Part shown: in pieces, positions 37,136 to 52,245 of the stretch
Position numbering within the stretch: the stretch's first letter is position 1
How the letters are laid out: each line of letters opens with the position of its first letter
From: Mobula hypostoma
Taxonomy: Eukaryota
Direction: 5' to 3'
NCBI RefSeq assembly: GCF_963921235.1
Contig: NC_086101.1
Span: 12,278,001 to 12,342,000, forward strand
Length of the DNA: 64,000 bases
Notes under the pieces: generated by a model
What the model was told of the DNA's origin: nothing
Database searches by the model: none
What the model saw: only the letters and a program-made list of their open reading frames with translations
Made by a program: the position numbers and the translations under genes

Positions 37136-38375
37136 ATGTGAATAGAACCATTGAACACTACAACACAGAAAACAGGCCATTTGGCCCTTCTAGTCTGTGC
37201 TGAAACTTTATTCCACTAGTCCCATTGACCTGCACCCAGTCCATATCCCTCTAGACCTCTCCCAGCCATGTATCTATGTAATTTATTCTTAAAACTTAAG
37301 AGTGAGCCTGCATTTACCACATCAGATGGCAGCTCGTTCCACACTCCCACCACTCTGTGAGTAAAGAAGTTCCCCCTAAACCTTTCCCCTTTCACCCTAA
37401 AGCCAGAGGTTTTTTTTTCCCATGGCTGAAATGGCTAACATGAGGATCTGTGTTTTATCATTTTAGCAATTGTTTTTCTGCTCCTGCATAATCTGAATGG
37501 AAAACATACACGACTTCAAATTTCTCCATCTCAAGCTGAAGCCAAGGGTGATATTTAGCACAAAGATTATGTTGGTTGAATTAAATGTAAACCATCAATG
37601 ATAATGTGGAGAGAGACAATGTAATAGTGAATTTTGTGCAGCTTCTTTCACAATATCCCTGGACAACTAACAGGTTTGGTTTGTACAAATGGCCATAAAT
37701 CAGAAACGTGAAGTCTGCAGATGCTGGCAATCCAAAGCAACATATGCAGAATGCTGGAGGAACTTGGCGGCATCTATGGAAGTGAATAAACAGTGGTCAT
37801 TTCAGACAGTAATTTCGATTGAAGTCAGAAAATTCACAGAAGTTGTAGCCTCAGAAGAATTGGGTTTTATTATCACTGAAACCAGTTGTGAAATTTATTA
37901 TTTTGTACCAGCAGTACAGGACAGGCATAGGAAATTATTCTTAAATTAAAATAAAAAATAATAGTGCAGAAAGGGGATAGTGAGGTAGTGTCAGAAAAAA
38001 ACAGTTCTTAAAATGCTAAGTGTGGGTCTTCTGGCTCATGTAACTCCTCCGTGATGGTAGTAATAAGAATAGGGTATGTCCTACGTGGTGAGGGTCCTTC
38101 ATGATGGATGCTGCCTTTTTGAGGCTCTGCCTTTAGAGGGTGAACTCATTGGTGGGGAGGATTGTGCCTGTGATGGAGCTGGATTTCCACAGTATAGTAT
38201 TGTAATAAATGGTGTCAACAATGCACAGGACTGATAAGAAAGAACTATTACATTTGTATGTATGAGTGTTTTTACGTCTGGCATTGGTAACTTGGGGACA
38301 CCTTATTGATCCCAAAGTACTTCTCAGTCAATTAAATATAACTTTAAAAAAATATATAAAATATACTACATTAAT

Positions 38376-38674
38376 AACATAGAAACATAGAAAATAGGTG
38401 CAGGAGTAGGCCATTCGGCCCTTCGAGCCTGCACCGCCATTTATTATGATCATGGCTGATCATCCAACTCAGAACCCTGCACCAGCCTTCCCTCCATACC
38501 CCCTGATCCCCGTAGCCACAAGGGCCATATCTAACTCCCTCTTAAATATAGCCAATGAACTGGCCTCAACTGTTTCCTGTGGCAGAGAATTCCACAGATT
38601 CACCACTCTCTGTGTGAAGAAGTTTTTCCTAATCTCGGTCCTAAAAGGCTTCCCCCTTATCCTCAAACTGTGAC
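38376..38674 (-). mobile_element. Short 3' copy of the young CR1 family at 17261
   Basis: Near-identical to 17265-17563; another tail-only copy at ~62720-62797 (+). Confidence 0.9.
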
Positions 38675-39419
38675 CGGCACGAGCAAGGTTCCATAAACAT
38701 TAATCATCACATTTAAAGTGATATTATTTGAGGGATATACACTGGAAAGGTCACCTATGAGTGTTTCAGGATGTTATCAGGCTCTGAATGGTACAATTGA
38801 AATATTCTTGGAAGTCCAATTGCTAACACAATGGAGGAAAATTAAACATTCACAGACTTCATACTTTATTGTCGCCAAACAATTGGTACTGGAACGTACA
38901 ATCATCACAACGATATTTAATTCTGCGCTTCACACTCCCTGGATTACAAATATTAAATATTAAAGATATTAAAAATAGTTAAAATGAGTAAATATTAAAA
39001 ATTTAAATTATAAATCATAAATAGAAAATAGAAAAATGGGAAGTAAGGTAGTGCAAAAAAACCGAGAGGCAGGTCCGGATATTTGGAGGGTACGGCCCAG
39101 ATCTGGGTCAGGTTTCATTCAGCAGTCTTATCACAGTTGGAAAGAAGCTGTTCCCAAATCTGGCCGTATGAGTCTTCAAGCTCCTGAGCCTTCTCCCGGA
39201 GGGAAGAGGGACAAAAAGTCTTTTGGCTGGGTGGGTCATGTCCTTGATTATCCTGGCAGCACTGCTCCGAAAGCATGCGGTGTAAAGTGAGTCCACGGAC
39301 GGAAGATTGGTTTGTGGGATGTGCTGCGCCGTGTTCACGATCTTCTGCAGCTTTTTTCGGTCTTGGACAGGACAACTGCCAAGACAGTGTGATTCCACAA
39401 AGCTACATGAACATATATA

Positions 39420-41022
39420 TAGTGGCATGCAAAAGTTTGGCCACCCCGGTCAAAATTTCTGTTACTGTGAGTAAAAGATGAACTGATTTCCAAAAGGCAT
39501 AAAGTTAAAGATGATACATTTCTTTAATATTAGATTAGATTATGAGGACACTCAGTCCTCATTTATTGTCATTTAGAAATGCATACATTAAAAAAATGAT
39601 ACAATGTTCCTCCAGAATGATATCACAAGAAACACAGGACAAACCAAGACTAAAACTGACAAAACCACATAATTATAACATATAGTTACAACAGTGCAAA
39701 GCAATACCGTAATTTGATAAAGAGCAAACCATGGGCATGGTAAAAAAAAGTCTCAAAGTTCCCATAGCTTCATCATCTCACGCAGACGGTAGAAGGGAGA
39801 AACTCTCCTTGCCATGAATCTCCAATGCCGCAAACTTGCCGATGCAGCATCCTGGAAGCACCCGACTGCAGCGGACTCTGAGTCTGTCGGAAAACTTCGA
39901 GCCTCCGACCAGCCCTCCGACACCGAGCACCATCCTCTGCCGAGCGCTTCGACCCTGCCTTGGCCACCGAGCAACAAGCAAAGCTGAGGACTCGGGGCCT
40001 TTCCCTCCGGAGATTCTGGATCACACAGTAGCAGCAGCAGCGAAGCAGGCATTGCAGAAGTTTCACCAGATGTTCCTCCATGCTGTCACGTCTGTTTCCA
40101 TCAAATCAGGATTGTGCTCAGCACCCTACTTGACAGATAACAGACATCAATACCGGAGTGGCCGCTGCGAGCTGCCAAAAAGTTCTATTTTGACTTCATC
40201 AGTCCACAGGACTTGTTTCCGAAATGCATCAGGCTTGTTCCTTTGAACCTTTTGAATAGAACTTTTTGCCACAATGAGCAAAGATATGTTTGGAGAAAAA
40301 AGGGTGCAGAATTTCATGAAAAGAATCCCTCTCCAACTGTTAAGCACGGGGGTGGATCGATCATGCTTTGAGCTTGTGTTGCAGCCAGTGGCACGGGGAA
40401 CATTTCACTGGTAGAGGGAAGAATGAATTCAATTAAATACCAGCAAATTCTGGAAGCAAAATCACACCATCTGTAAAAAAGCCAAAGATGAAAAGAGGAC
40501 GGCCTCTACAACAGGATGATGAACCTAAACACACCTCAAAATTCACAATAGACTACCTCAAGAGGCGCAAGCTGAAGGTTTTGCTATGGCCTTCACAATC
40601 CCTTGACCTAAACATCATCGAGAATCTGTGGATAGACCTCAAAAGAGCAGTGCATGCAAGACGGCCTAGGAATCTCATAGAACTAGAAGCCTTTTGCAAG
40701 GAAGAATGGGTGGAAATCCCCCAAACAAGAATTGAAAGACTCTTAACTGGCTGCAAAAAGCATTTACAAGCTGTGATAATTGCCAAAGGGGGTGTTACTA
40801 AGTACTGCCATGAAGGGTGCCCAAACTTTTGCTTCGGGCCCTTTTCCTTTTTTGTTATTCTGAAACTGTAAAAGATGGAAATAAAAAAGTTTTCTTAAAA
40901 TATTAAAGAAATGTGTCATCTTTAACTTTATGCCTTTTGGAAATCAGTTCATCTTTTACTTGCTTAGCTATTCACAGTAACAGAAATTTTGACTGGGGTG
41001 CCCAAACTTTTGCATGGCACTG
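39420..41022 (+). mobile_element. Internally deleted Tc1 transposon carrying a nested element (39531-40173)
   Basis: ~110-bp TIRs (agtggcatgcaaaagtttgg / ccaaacttttgcatggcactg), TA flanks, QQDDEPKH and WPSQSLDLNIIENLW transposase motifs. Confidence 0.92.
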
Positions 41023-42529
41023 TATCTGGCATCTTAATTGAGAGAAAAATACCTCCAATATGATAGTGCTCCCTTGCTGCTACATGGAATGATGAATTTA
41101 AGTCGTCCCCACAACTGCCTAAGCTAGTGCAGGTGCTGGAAAACAGAAAATGGTGCAAAACCTCAGCATGTCAGGCAGCAACTGTGGAAAGGGAAACAGT
41201 TGAAATTTCAGATTTGAAACTGTTTATCAGAACTGCTAATTGTTTCTCTTTCCACGGATGCTGCCTGACCTGAGTTTTTACATTGTTTTCTGTTTTTATC
41301 TTTTGTCATGATTTTCTTAACATAAGGCAATGTGGTAAGTATGAGCACTCCAATCAATATATTCATAAAATAATATGCATGTAATTTGAGGTAGATTTTT
41401 AAGTAGTACCTTGTGGAAGTTGCAGTAAGGCAAGAATAGCCTGGGGCAGTTATAGTCAAGTGAGTATGCTGAAGTGAGACTGCCAGAGATACCTCTGCTT
41501 ATCACAGACGATCTAGGCTGGGTGACTGCGGCAGTGTGTACTCAGGCCATACAAATGAGGCCTCTGCAGTGAGACTTTTCCAGAAAGATCTTCCTAAAAC
41601 ATAGCGTCCCTTTGCACAATAGGGGTGCCAGAGACAGATGAGATAAGAATAAAGGAAGGATATGAAACATACCTAACAACCAAGGCTCTATTGTCTTTAC
41701 TAACTTTGAAATATCATCGTCTGTCGGCTTGAAGTTTCAATTGACGTTAACAACTTTTATGATTGATCTTACATGTAAGGAATTCAAACGTACAATTTAC
41801 AGTGATCAATACCTGTAAACAATAACCCAGTTCTGTATAAAAATATGAGTTTTCTGTTCAGAATTCAGAACAGTGTGGCTGACAGGTTCCCATTCCTCCT
41901 TGGGCACAAGTGAAATAAAAGGAATGCTTGAATTGTAAGAGTGCATGTGTTCTGGGCCCAGTCTTTTTAGTTGTGTCATTTTATCATTGGCAATGGCAAT
42001 CTTATCGGGGGAGATAGAGTATTAGTGCAGGATAGCACACCCTCTCCATCAATACTCTGACTTCCTTCCAGACCTACAGTACTAATGAACAAACTCTTTA
42101 ACTTCAGTGTTATATTAGATGGCTGCTTTTGTAAAGGTAACTTCTACAGCTGACCCAGCACCTGCTGCCTGGATGAATCCCAAGTGCCTTGAGATAAACA
42201 ATGCGGAATTTTACACTGCTGTCCCACCTAGAGGCTGTTCAACTGAAACAAATGACATACTTAAACATGCATGATACAATTCACAAGTTGTGTCATCTCC
42301 ATAAACTACACTCACAGAATCATAAGAAAATCTACACAACAGACGGAGGTAGATTAGCCTTTGTGTTTGTTTCAATTGAAAAATGTTACTTAAACAAATT
42401 CCACCTTCAAGTCTGGTCACTGCAGGTCGAAGTGCTGTCACAATGCGATGAGGGTTTCTGTTACTGCTATGATTTCTGGCAATACATTCCAGATCCTTAG
42501 CACTGCTTTGTTAAAAGACCTTGCTCATT

Positions 42530-43800
42530 CATCTTCTCACCCTGTCTTTTGCAAAAATGCCATCCCCTTCTTGCAATCCCGCTGTCTCTGCCGCATCTGC
42601 TCTCAGGATGAGGCTTTTCATTCCAGGATGAGGGAGATGTCCTTTTTTAAAGAAAGGGGCTTCCCCTCCTCCACCATCAACTCTCCTCTCAAACGCATCT
42701 TCCCCATTTCACGCACATCTGCTCTCACTCCATCCTCCCACCACCCCACTAGGAATAGGGTTCCCCTTGTCCTCACCTACCACCCCACCAGCCTCCGGGC
42801 CCAACATATAATTCTCCATAACTTCCGCCACCTCCAACAGGATCCCACCGCCACCTCCAACGAGATCCCACCACTAAACACATCTTTCCCTCCCCCTCCC
42901 CCTGCTTTCCGCAGGGATCGCTCCCTACGCGACTCCCTTGTCCATTTGTCCCCCCCATCCCTCCCCACCGATCTCCCTCCTGGCACTTATTCTTGTAAGC
43001 AGAACAAGTGCTACACCTGCCCTTACACTTCCTCCCTCACCACCATTCAGGGCCCCAGACAGTCCTTCCAGGTGAGGCAACACTTCACCTGTGAGTCGAC
43101 TGGGGTGATATACTGCGTCCGGTGCTCCCGATGTGGCCTTCTATATATTGACGAGACCCGACGCAGACAGGGAGATTGTTTTGCTAAACACCTACGCTCT
43201 GTCTGCTAGAGAAAGCAGGATCTCCCAGTGGCCACACATTTTAATTCCACATCCCATTCCCATTCTGATATGTCTATCCACGGCCTCCTCTACTGTCAAG
43301 ATGAAGCCACACTCAGGTTGGAGGAATAACACCTTAGATTCCGTCTGGGTAGCCTCCAACCTGATGGCATGAATATTGACTTCTCAAACTTCCGCTAATG
43401 CCCCACCTCCCCCTCGTACCCCATCCTTTATTTATTTATATATACACATTCTTTTTCTCTCTCTCCTTTTTCTCCCTCTGTCCCTCTCACTATACCCCTT
43501 GCCCATCCTCTGGGTTTTCCCCCCTCCCCCTTTTCTTTCTCCCTAGGCCTCCTGTCCCATGATCCTCTCAAATCCCTTTTGCCAATTACCTGTCCAGCTC
43601 TTGGATCCATCCCTCCCCCCCCCCCACCCCATCTTCTCCCATCATTTCGGATCTCCCCCTCCCCCTCCCACTTTCAAATCTCTTACTAGCTCTTCTTTCA
43701 GTTAGTCCTGACGAAGGGTCTCGGCCTGAAATGTCGACTGTACCTCTTCCTAGAGATGCTGCCTGGCCTGCTGCGTTCACCAGCAACTTTTATGTGTGTC
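42530..43800 (+). mobile_element. Penelope-like retroelement: RT C-terminus, GIY-YIG endonuclease and terminal repeat
   Basis: GVIYCVRCSRCGLLYIDETRR motif; hammerhead-like motif at 43704-43739. Confidence 0.92.
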
Positions 43801-44097
43801 TCTCTACTTTATGCCACTTAATTTAAATTTATGTCACATGGTTTTGACTGCCAAGGGAAATAAGTTTTACCTATTCAAAGTTCAAAGTTAATTTACTATT
43901 ATAGAACGTACTTCACCATATACACTGCCAGTGATTTAGTGATGTTCCACAAGCGTCAGCTTGATGGGATTTTGTGGCCAAGTTTGCAGATGATGTGAAG
44001 ATAGGAGGAGAGGCAGGTAGTGTTGAGAAAGTGGGGAGTCTACTGAAGGACTTGATAGATTGGGAAAATGGGCAAAGGAGTGGCTTATGAAATATAG

Positions 44098-44878
44098 TGT
44101 GACGGGGTCCTGAATTACCCCAATGAACTGTGCTTGTTATTAAGAGATAGAGTTGTTCAACACCAGACATCTTGTTATAAGAGAGAGAGAGAGGCGAAGC
44201 TTGCTTGGAGATGGTGTTATGGTTTCTGTGCAGCATGTTTACGCTTTGCAAGGACACTGGCAGCTTCTGTATCCTTACAGAGAGAGAAGGGAGGGGCTAC
44301 TTGATGGGCAGCTGGTGTTCAGCACGGTGCGATAAATAGAAGGCCAGTTGATAGACTGACAGACACATGGTTTTGGATACTGAATGAGCTTTGTTGTGCC
44401 CACAGAAATTGGTGGGTTTTTGGAGGATCGATCAGTGGTCTCGCAGTGTGAAAGGGTGTGACCAGTGGGGAGTTATTCGTGTGTCCAATCCTCGCCTGGG
44501 TTGATAATTCCACCACAGAAGAATGGCCCCCTTTGTTGTGGTCACATTCGGTGACTTATAAAGGAATTCGGAGGACAATGGGAAAATTGACGGCAGCAGC
44601 TCACCTGAAGACTCAAATCTCTCCCTCTCTCTCTCCATCACTACTCAACTCAATACCACGAACTGAACTGAACCTTACTCATCACCGTAAGACTGTATCC
44701 ATTTACACCTAGACTTGAAGAAGCTTGGTTTTTATATTTCCACACTTATTTGATATATCTGCATTTATATTACTGTATTGTGCAGTTACTAATAAATACC
44801 ATTAGTTAATAGCAATACCAGACTCCAAAGTGTTTTATATTTCTGCTGGATCTTTAACCCGTCATGGGGTATGTGACA
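44098..44878 (+). mobile_element. Solo LTR (781 bp) inserted in a CR1 fragment spanning ~43970-46250
   Basis: TGT...ACA ends, AATAAA at 44791, TSD atag/ataa; CR1 sequence resumes on both sides. Confidence 0.8.
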
Positions 44879-47339
44879 ATAATGTAGGGAAGTGTATGGT
44901 CATACACTTTGGTAGAAGGAGTGACGGTGTATACTGTTTTCTAAATGGGGAGAAAATTCAAAAATCAGAGGTGCAAAGGGACTTAGGAGTCCTTGTGCAG
45001 TATTCCCTAAAGATTAACTTGCAGGTTGTGTTGGTGGTAAGAAGGAAAATGCAAAGTTAGCATTCATTTTGAGAGGATTAGAATATGAGCAAGGAAGTGA
45101 TGTTGAGGATTTATGAGGTATTGGACAGATCACACTTTGAGTATTGTGAGCAGTTTGGGCCCCCTTATCTGAAAATGGATGTGCTGACATTGAAGAAGGT
45201 TCAGAGGAGGTTCATGAAAATTATTCTGGGAATAAGGGGTTAATCTGTGAGAAGGATTTGATGGCTCTGGGCCTGTACTCGCTGGTTGGTTGGTTGTTCA
45301 TCCATTGTTGACATCGATGAGGACCTCGACACCATTGTGATGGTGCCGAGACTAGCGTGTGATTTGGATTTAAGTGAGGGAGAGTTGCGCAGCGTCAGCC
45401 TCACTCTCTCTTCCCAATTTCCATCTGGATCCAGTGGCAAGACAGAGTCTAGACGGCTGGAGATGGGACTAGGCGGAGTGGATGACCAGGACGTCTTATG
45501 TGTCTTGTCCTGCTCTACACGTTCCATGACGCTTGCAGAGACCGCCTTCTTGACCGTTGGACCTTCCATTGGTCTCGTCCGCTCAATCCGCCGGAGTCAG
45601 TCTTCACGTGCTGGGATAGACAACTCCCTATCACACCGAGGGTTTGAGACCCGTCGGCTACCCTCACCTGGTTTAGCCAGCTTGTCGAAGCCGTTGCCCG
45701 GGGTGTGGCCGCTGTCGCATGCAAACAGCTACGAGGAGCCACAGGTGAGAGCTGAGTGCCAGGTGGAGACCAAAGGTGGACTAACCGCCCTGAAAAGGAC
45801 GTGACATGTTCCCCCACCAGAGGTGCTACCCCTCCCTGACACCTGAACTCGCTAGCGCTTAGAGGAAAGGGGGGGGGGGTCTAATTGAAACCTATCATCT
45901 ATTGAAAGGCCTACAGAGCATTGATGTAGAGAGGATGATTCCAATAGTGGGTGTGTCTAGGACCAAAGGGCGTAGCCCCAAAATAGAGGGGCATCTATCT
46001 AGAACAGATGTGAGGAAGAATTTCTTTAGCCATAGGGTGGTGAATCTGTGGAATTCATTGTCACATCTGTGGAGGCCACGTTGTAGAGTATATTTAAAGT
46101 GGAGGTTGGTTGGTTCTTGATTAGTCAGGGCAATATAGGTTACAGGGAAAAGGCAGGGAATGGGACTGAGAGGGATAATAAATCAGCCATGATGGAGTAG
46201 TAGGTAGCCTTGATGGGCTGAATGGACTGATTTTGCTTCTATGTCTTATTACACTACCCTGAGATTGATCTTCTGCAAGTATTCACAGTAGAACAAAGAA
46301 ATACAATATAATCTATGAAAAAGCTGCATACAAACACAAACTGACAAACAACCAAATACACAGAAAAACAAATAATATAAATAAGTATACTCTGAACATT
46401 AGTATAGTCCTTGAAAGTGAGTCCTTGGATTGTGTTGAGTGATCAGTTTAGTGCTGAGGTTAGTGAAGTTATCTATGCTGGTTCAGGAGTCTGTTGGTTG
46501 TAGGGTAATAACTGTTCCTGAACCTGGTGCTGTGGGACCTGAAGCTTCTTTTGTTGTGGTGGCTGTAACTTTATACATCTCATTTAAATCTTTCCTTAAC
46601 TTCCTCTGCTCTACAAGGAACAATTGCGTTTTATCCAATCTTGCAGTTACAACTTCCCAGCGTTGGCACCATCTTTCCATAAATCAACCACACCCTCCCC
46701 AGAGCAAACAGACTTTTCCTATGACATGACCAGAGTTGTATGCAGTAGTAAAGCTGTGGTAAACTGTGTGTATATTTCTCGTATCTCCTCCATGCACTTC
46801 ACATTTATTGTTTTGGCTAATGAAAAAATAAATTTGTATTCTACTTTAACAACATTATTGATCTGTCCTGAGGTCCCCTGTTTCTCCAATACACCCAAAA
46901 TTCTCCCATTTTTGTACGTTCCATTTTCTTGTTGTGCATTTTTAACTGCACAATGTCACAAATCTCTGGATCACATTTAATTTGCCAACTTTCTGTCCAA
47001 TCGACAATACTGTGCAAAAGTCCTGGGCACATGAAAAAAAATCTGTAAAGTGAAGATGCTTTCAAATATAGTGAAATGAAAAGTTTCAAATGTCAAAAAA
47101 TTTACTAAAAAAGCACTAAATAGTATTATAGTAAATCAAATCAATATATGGTGTAACCACCCTTTGCCTTTAAAACTGCAACAAGTCTCTTAGGTACACA
47201 CTGTTGTGCAGTTTAAAAAGAAAATCAGCTGGTAGATTGTTTCAAGCAGCTTGAAGAACTTGGCATAGTTGTTCTGCAGACATTGACTGTATCAATTGCT
47301 CTTTTGTCTCCCAGTAATCCCAGACAGCCTTAATATTGT

Positions 47340-48762
47340 TGAGATCAAGGCTTTGTCTGAGGCTCCGGAGGGTTCCTGTGCTGTGGAAGATGTCCTGCCT
47401 CGTCCCTGTGCCGAAGACGCCGTGCCCCAGCGGCCTCAATGACTACAGACCGGTGACATTGACCTCCCACATCATGAAGACCCTGGAGAGACTTGTTCTG
47501 GAGCTGCTCCGGCCTATGGTCAGGCCACACTTAGATCCCCTCCAGTTTGCCTACCAGCCCCGACTAGGAGTTGAGGATGCCATCGTCTACCTGCTGAACC
47601 ATGTCTACGCCCACCTGGACAAGCCGGTGAGCACTGTGAGTGTCATGTTTTTTGACTTCTCCAGTGCGTTCAACACCATCCGCCCTGCTCTGCTGGGGGA
47701 GAAGCTGACAGCGATGCAGGTGGATGCTTCCCTGGTATCATGAATTCTTGATTACCTGACTGGCAGACCACAGTACGTGTGCTTGCAACACTGTGTGTCC
47801 GACAGAGTGATCAGCAGCACTGGGGCTTCACAGGGGACTGTCTTGTCTCCCTTTCTCTTCACCATTTACACCTCAGACTTCAACTACTGCACAGAGTCTT
47901 GTCATCTTCAGAAGTTTTCGGATGACTCTGCCATAGTTGGATGCATCAGCAAGGGAGATGAGGCTGAGTACAGGGCTACGGTAGGAAACTTCGTCACATG
48001 GTGTGAGCAGAATTATCTGCAGCTTAATGTGAAAAAGACTAAGGAGCTGGTGGTAGACCTGAGAACAGCTAAGGTACTGGTGACCCCTGTTTCCATCCAG
48101 GGGGTCAGTGTGGACATGGTGGAGGATTACAAATACCTGGGGATACGAATTGACAATAAACTGGACTGGTCAAAGAACACTGAGGCTGTCTACAAGAAGG
48201 GTCAGAGTCGTCTCTTTTTCCTGAGGAGACTGAGGTCCTTTACCATCTGCCGGACAATGCTGAGGATGTTCTATGAGTCTGTGGTGGCCAGTACTTTCAT
48301 GTCTGCTGTTGTGTGCTGGGGTAGCAGGCTGAGGGTAGCAGACACCAACAGAATCAACAAACTCATTTGTAAGGCCAGTGATGTTGTGGGGATGGAACTG
48401 GACTCTCTGATGGTGGTGTCTGAAAAGAGGATGCTGTCTAAGTTGCATGCCATCTTGGACAATGTGTCCCATCCACTACATAATGTACTGGTTGGGCACA
48501 GGAGTACATTCAGCCAGAGACTCATTCCACCGAGATGCAACACAGAGCGTCATAGGAAGTCATTCCTGCCTGTGGCCATCAAACTTTACAACTCCTCTCT
48601 TGGAGGGTCAGACACCCTGAGCCAATAGGCTGGTCCTGGATTTATTTCATAATTTACTGGCATAATTTACATATTACTATTTAACTATTTATGGTGCAAC
48701 TGTAATGAAAACCAATTTCCCCCGGGATCAATAAAGTATGACTATGACTATGACTATGACTA
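47340..48762 (+). mobile_element. Young Rex1/Babar LINE, 5'-truncated, one internal stop, inserted in a Tc1-like MITE (~47008-48826)
   Basis: NDYRPVTLTS, FFDFSSAFNTI and KFSDD motifs; (ctatga)n tail. Confidence 0.92.
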
Positions 48763-50339
48763 GAGGATATACCACCTGAAACCAAATAAAAAAACTCCAA
48801 GGTGCCTAAGAGTTTTGCATAATCTATACCATATGCACACTCAGTGGCCACTTTATTAGGTACACTTGTAAACCTGCTTGTTATTGTAAATATCTAATCA
48901 GCTAATTGTAGCAGCAACTTAATGTATAAAAGCTTGCAGACATGAGCAAAAGGTTCAGACCAAACAGAATGGGGAAGAAATGTGATCTAATTGACTTTGA
49001 CTATGGATGATTGTTCATGCCAGATGGAGTGGTTTGAGTATCTCAGAAACTGCTGATCTCATGGGATTTTCATGCATAACAGTCTCTGGAGAATGGTGCG
49101 AAAAAGCAAAACAAAAATTCTGTGAATGGCAGTTCTGTGGGTGATAACATCATCTTAATGGCAAAGGTCAGAGGAGAAATGCCAAACAGTAACTCAAATA
49201 ATCATGCAGTCATTTCAAAATGCATAACATGTTGAACCTTGACTGGGTGGGCTATAACAGCAGAATACTATGAACATAAACTAAGTGGCCACTTTATTAT
49301 ATACATGAGGTAAACAATGTATATATTTCTGCAATGTAAAGCATTCTTCTTCACTGGAGCACACGCATAAATGCTGGAGGAACCCAGCAGCCCAGGCAGC
49401 ATCTATGGAAAAGAGTAAGCTGTCGCTGTTTTGAGCCAAGACCGTTCATTAGGACTGGAGAAAAAAATATGAGAAGTCAGAGTAAGAAGCTGGGGGGAAG
49501 GAAGGAGGAAATACAAGGCAGTAGGCGATTAGGGTGAAACCGAAAGGGGGGAGGAGTGAAAGAAAAAGCTGGGAAGTCATTTGGTAAAATAAATAAAGAG
49601 CTGGAGAAGGGGAAATCTGTTGTGAAAAGACAGAAGGCCATAAAAAAAAGGGAAGGGCGAGGTGATGGGCAGGGAAGGAGATAAGGTAAGAGAGGGAAAT
49701 GGGAATGGGGAATGAAGGGGGGGGGGCATTACCGGAAGTCCGACAAATTGATGTTTAAGCCATCAGGTTGGAGGCTACCGAAATGGAATATAAGGTGTTG
49801 CTCCTTCAACCTGAGTGTGGCCTCATTGCAGCAGTAGAGGAGGCCATGGACTGACATGTCAGAATGAGACTGGGAAGTAGAATTTAAAAAGTAGTCTTTC
49901 TAAAATTCATGAAATCCTTATCAAATACACTGCCCTATTAACTCTTATTAACCACTTGAAGAATTCAATCAAGTTAGACAGTCATGATCTCATCCTAATA
50001 AATCCACAATGATTTGCCCTGTTCAACCTGTACTTTTTAAAACGAAATTTGTACTGTTTGTTCTAATAGTTTTCTATATAATTATTTGCTTTATCACTTT
50101 TAAACAAAAGGACGACATTATCCATGTACAATCTTCCAGCACAAAGAGGATTGGAAAGTTTTAGTCTGTCTTTGAAAAGCCTGGGATCATTCAGAGGAAG
50201 TTATTCTTTTTCAAATATATGTTTCCTTTCAATTTTTATCCTATCAGATACATTAACATCCTTTTTTGTGAAAAGATACGCAAAATATTTTTAGAACTTT
50301 ATGCACGTCAGTTTGTTGGTTCTGATGTTGTTTGATGAA

Positions 50340-50590
50340 GCAGCAGTGTAGCATAGTGGTTAGCACAATGCTTACAGTACCAGTGATCCGGGTTCAATTC
50401 CCACCGCCGTCTGTAAGGAGTTTGTGCATTCTCCCCGTGACCTCTTACATTTCCTCCCACAGTCTGTTTGGTAGGTTAATTGGGAATTGTAAATTGTTCC
50501 ATGATTAGGCTAGAGTTAAATTGGGGGTTGCTGGGCAGTGCAGCTCAAAGAGCTGGAAGGGCCAATGTATACCATGCTGTATCTGAAAGA
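50340..50590 (+). mobile_element. V-SINE/HE1-like tRNA-derived SINE
   Basis: A/B boxes (tagcatagtgg, gggttcaattcc) and ggagtttgtgcattctccccgtgacc core; similar copies at ~28950-29150 and ~63003-63330. Confidence 0.75.
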
Positions 50591-52245
50591 AATAAAGAAT
50601 AAAGAAATATACTTACAAAACAAATTTGGGTTTTCTTTAACTTGCTAATGTTTTTTCATACTCAGTTTGGTTTCAATGAAACCTATGAATACTATCTTGT
50701 TATTCCTTTCCTTGTTATCACAGAATAACCAATTTCATAGGGTTAGCCAGTGTCAATAGATTTCATTCTATTCATGATTTCCCTTTTAATTTAACTCCAG
50801 CAATTTCTATATTTGTTTAAGCTTTTCAATGTATTAAGTGCTTGGTATCTGATATAATTTTTCCTGGTTTGCCTTCCCTGCCATTAATGCATCTTATCAT
50901 CCAGGGTATTGTACTTAAGGCATCATAAACTGCTTTGTAGTAATGTTATTTGACATTTTAAGCAACATATAAAGAGCATGTCATATGAAGAATGCTTGAT
51001 GGCTCTGGCCTGTATTCACTGGAACTCAGAAGAATGAGGGGATGACCTAATTAAAACCAGTTGAATGTTGAAAGGCCTCAATAAAGTGGGTGTGGAGAGG
51101 TTGTTTCCTATGGTGGTAAAGTCTAGGAACACAGCCTTGGAATAGAGGGGCGTCCTTATAGAATGGATATGAAGAGGAATTTCTTTAGCCAGAGAGCAGT
51201 GAGTCTGGAATTCATTGCCACAGATGGCTGTGGAGCGCAAGTCTTTATGTATATTTAAGGCAGAGGATGATAAATTCTTGATTGGTCGGGGCATGAAGGG
51301 ATATGGGGAGAAAGCAGGAAATTGGGGCCGAGAAGAAAAATTAGATCGACCATGATGAAATGGCGGAGCAGATTCAATGGGCCAAAATAACGTGGTTGGT
51401 CAAGTGACCATTGTTTAGATATGAAACTAAGCTTTAAGGAATATCTTGTAGATAGACAGATGCAGATGTGTTTAGCAAAGTAGTTCAAGATCCTGCACAG
51501 GTGTGATGGGTAAACAGAACAAGTAAATGTGTTCAATAAGGTATAGCTACTCATGTGCAAATAAGCTGATAGGAATAAAATATATGAGAAGGAAAGCAGT
51601 ATTTTAATGTCTCTTTCAAAGTAATAATTCACCTACAGCAAGAAAAAAAAGGACATTTTTTCTGTGAAAATTACTTTGACTTTTTCAATTTTTATCACTA
51701 TATTTCATCAAATGATTTTTATTGGTTGGAAAATGTATCTGGTTTTCCAGATGGTAAAAAGCAAAATGTCTTTAAATTTGGACCAGAATTAAACCAATCT
51801 ATCATGTTAAATAAATGAGAAGTGAATTTGCAGTGGCAAAGTTTGGAAAAGAGAATCAATGTTTCAAAGAACAATTTAAAAAAAAAGCGCATATACCAAT
51901 ATACTTTAATAAGCAGTCTACTGCAGATTTATGTTTCAAACATTAAGTATGAAACATTTCAAAATTTTGTAACAAGATGGACGGAGTGAAAGGAAAATCC
52001 TATGTGCTTTCTGCATTTGCTACCAATTCTTTGAAACCATCATTTATGAAGCACAATATGCTTCAAGAAAGCAAAAAGCTGAACCACTATCAGACTTGTG
52101 TTGTTATTGCAGAGTTCTAAGAGTTAACCTAAAATTATCTATCTCAGACAAAGTTTACAGAGGCTGCTGTAGGTAGTCATAAACAGTGCATATGACATAT
52201 GTCCAAAAGGTCAGTGATCAGTGTCATTCACAAGAACACAATCTA

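Noticed and set aside
45240..45817. ORFs of 100-172 aa
   Set aside because: Lie in a repeat insert with a (caac)n tail nested inside a CR1 fragment; no recognisable domain
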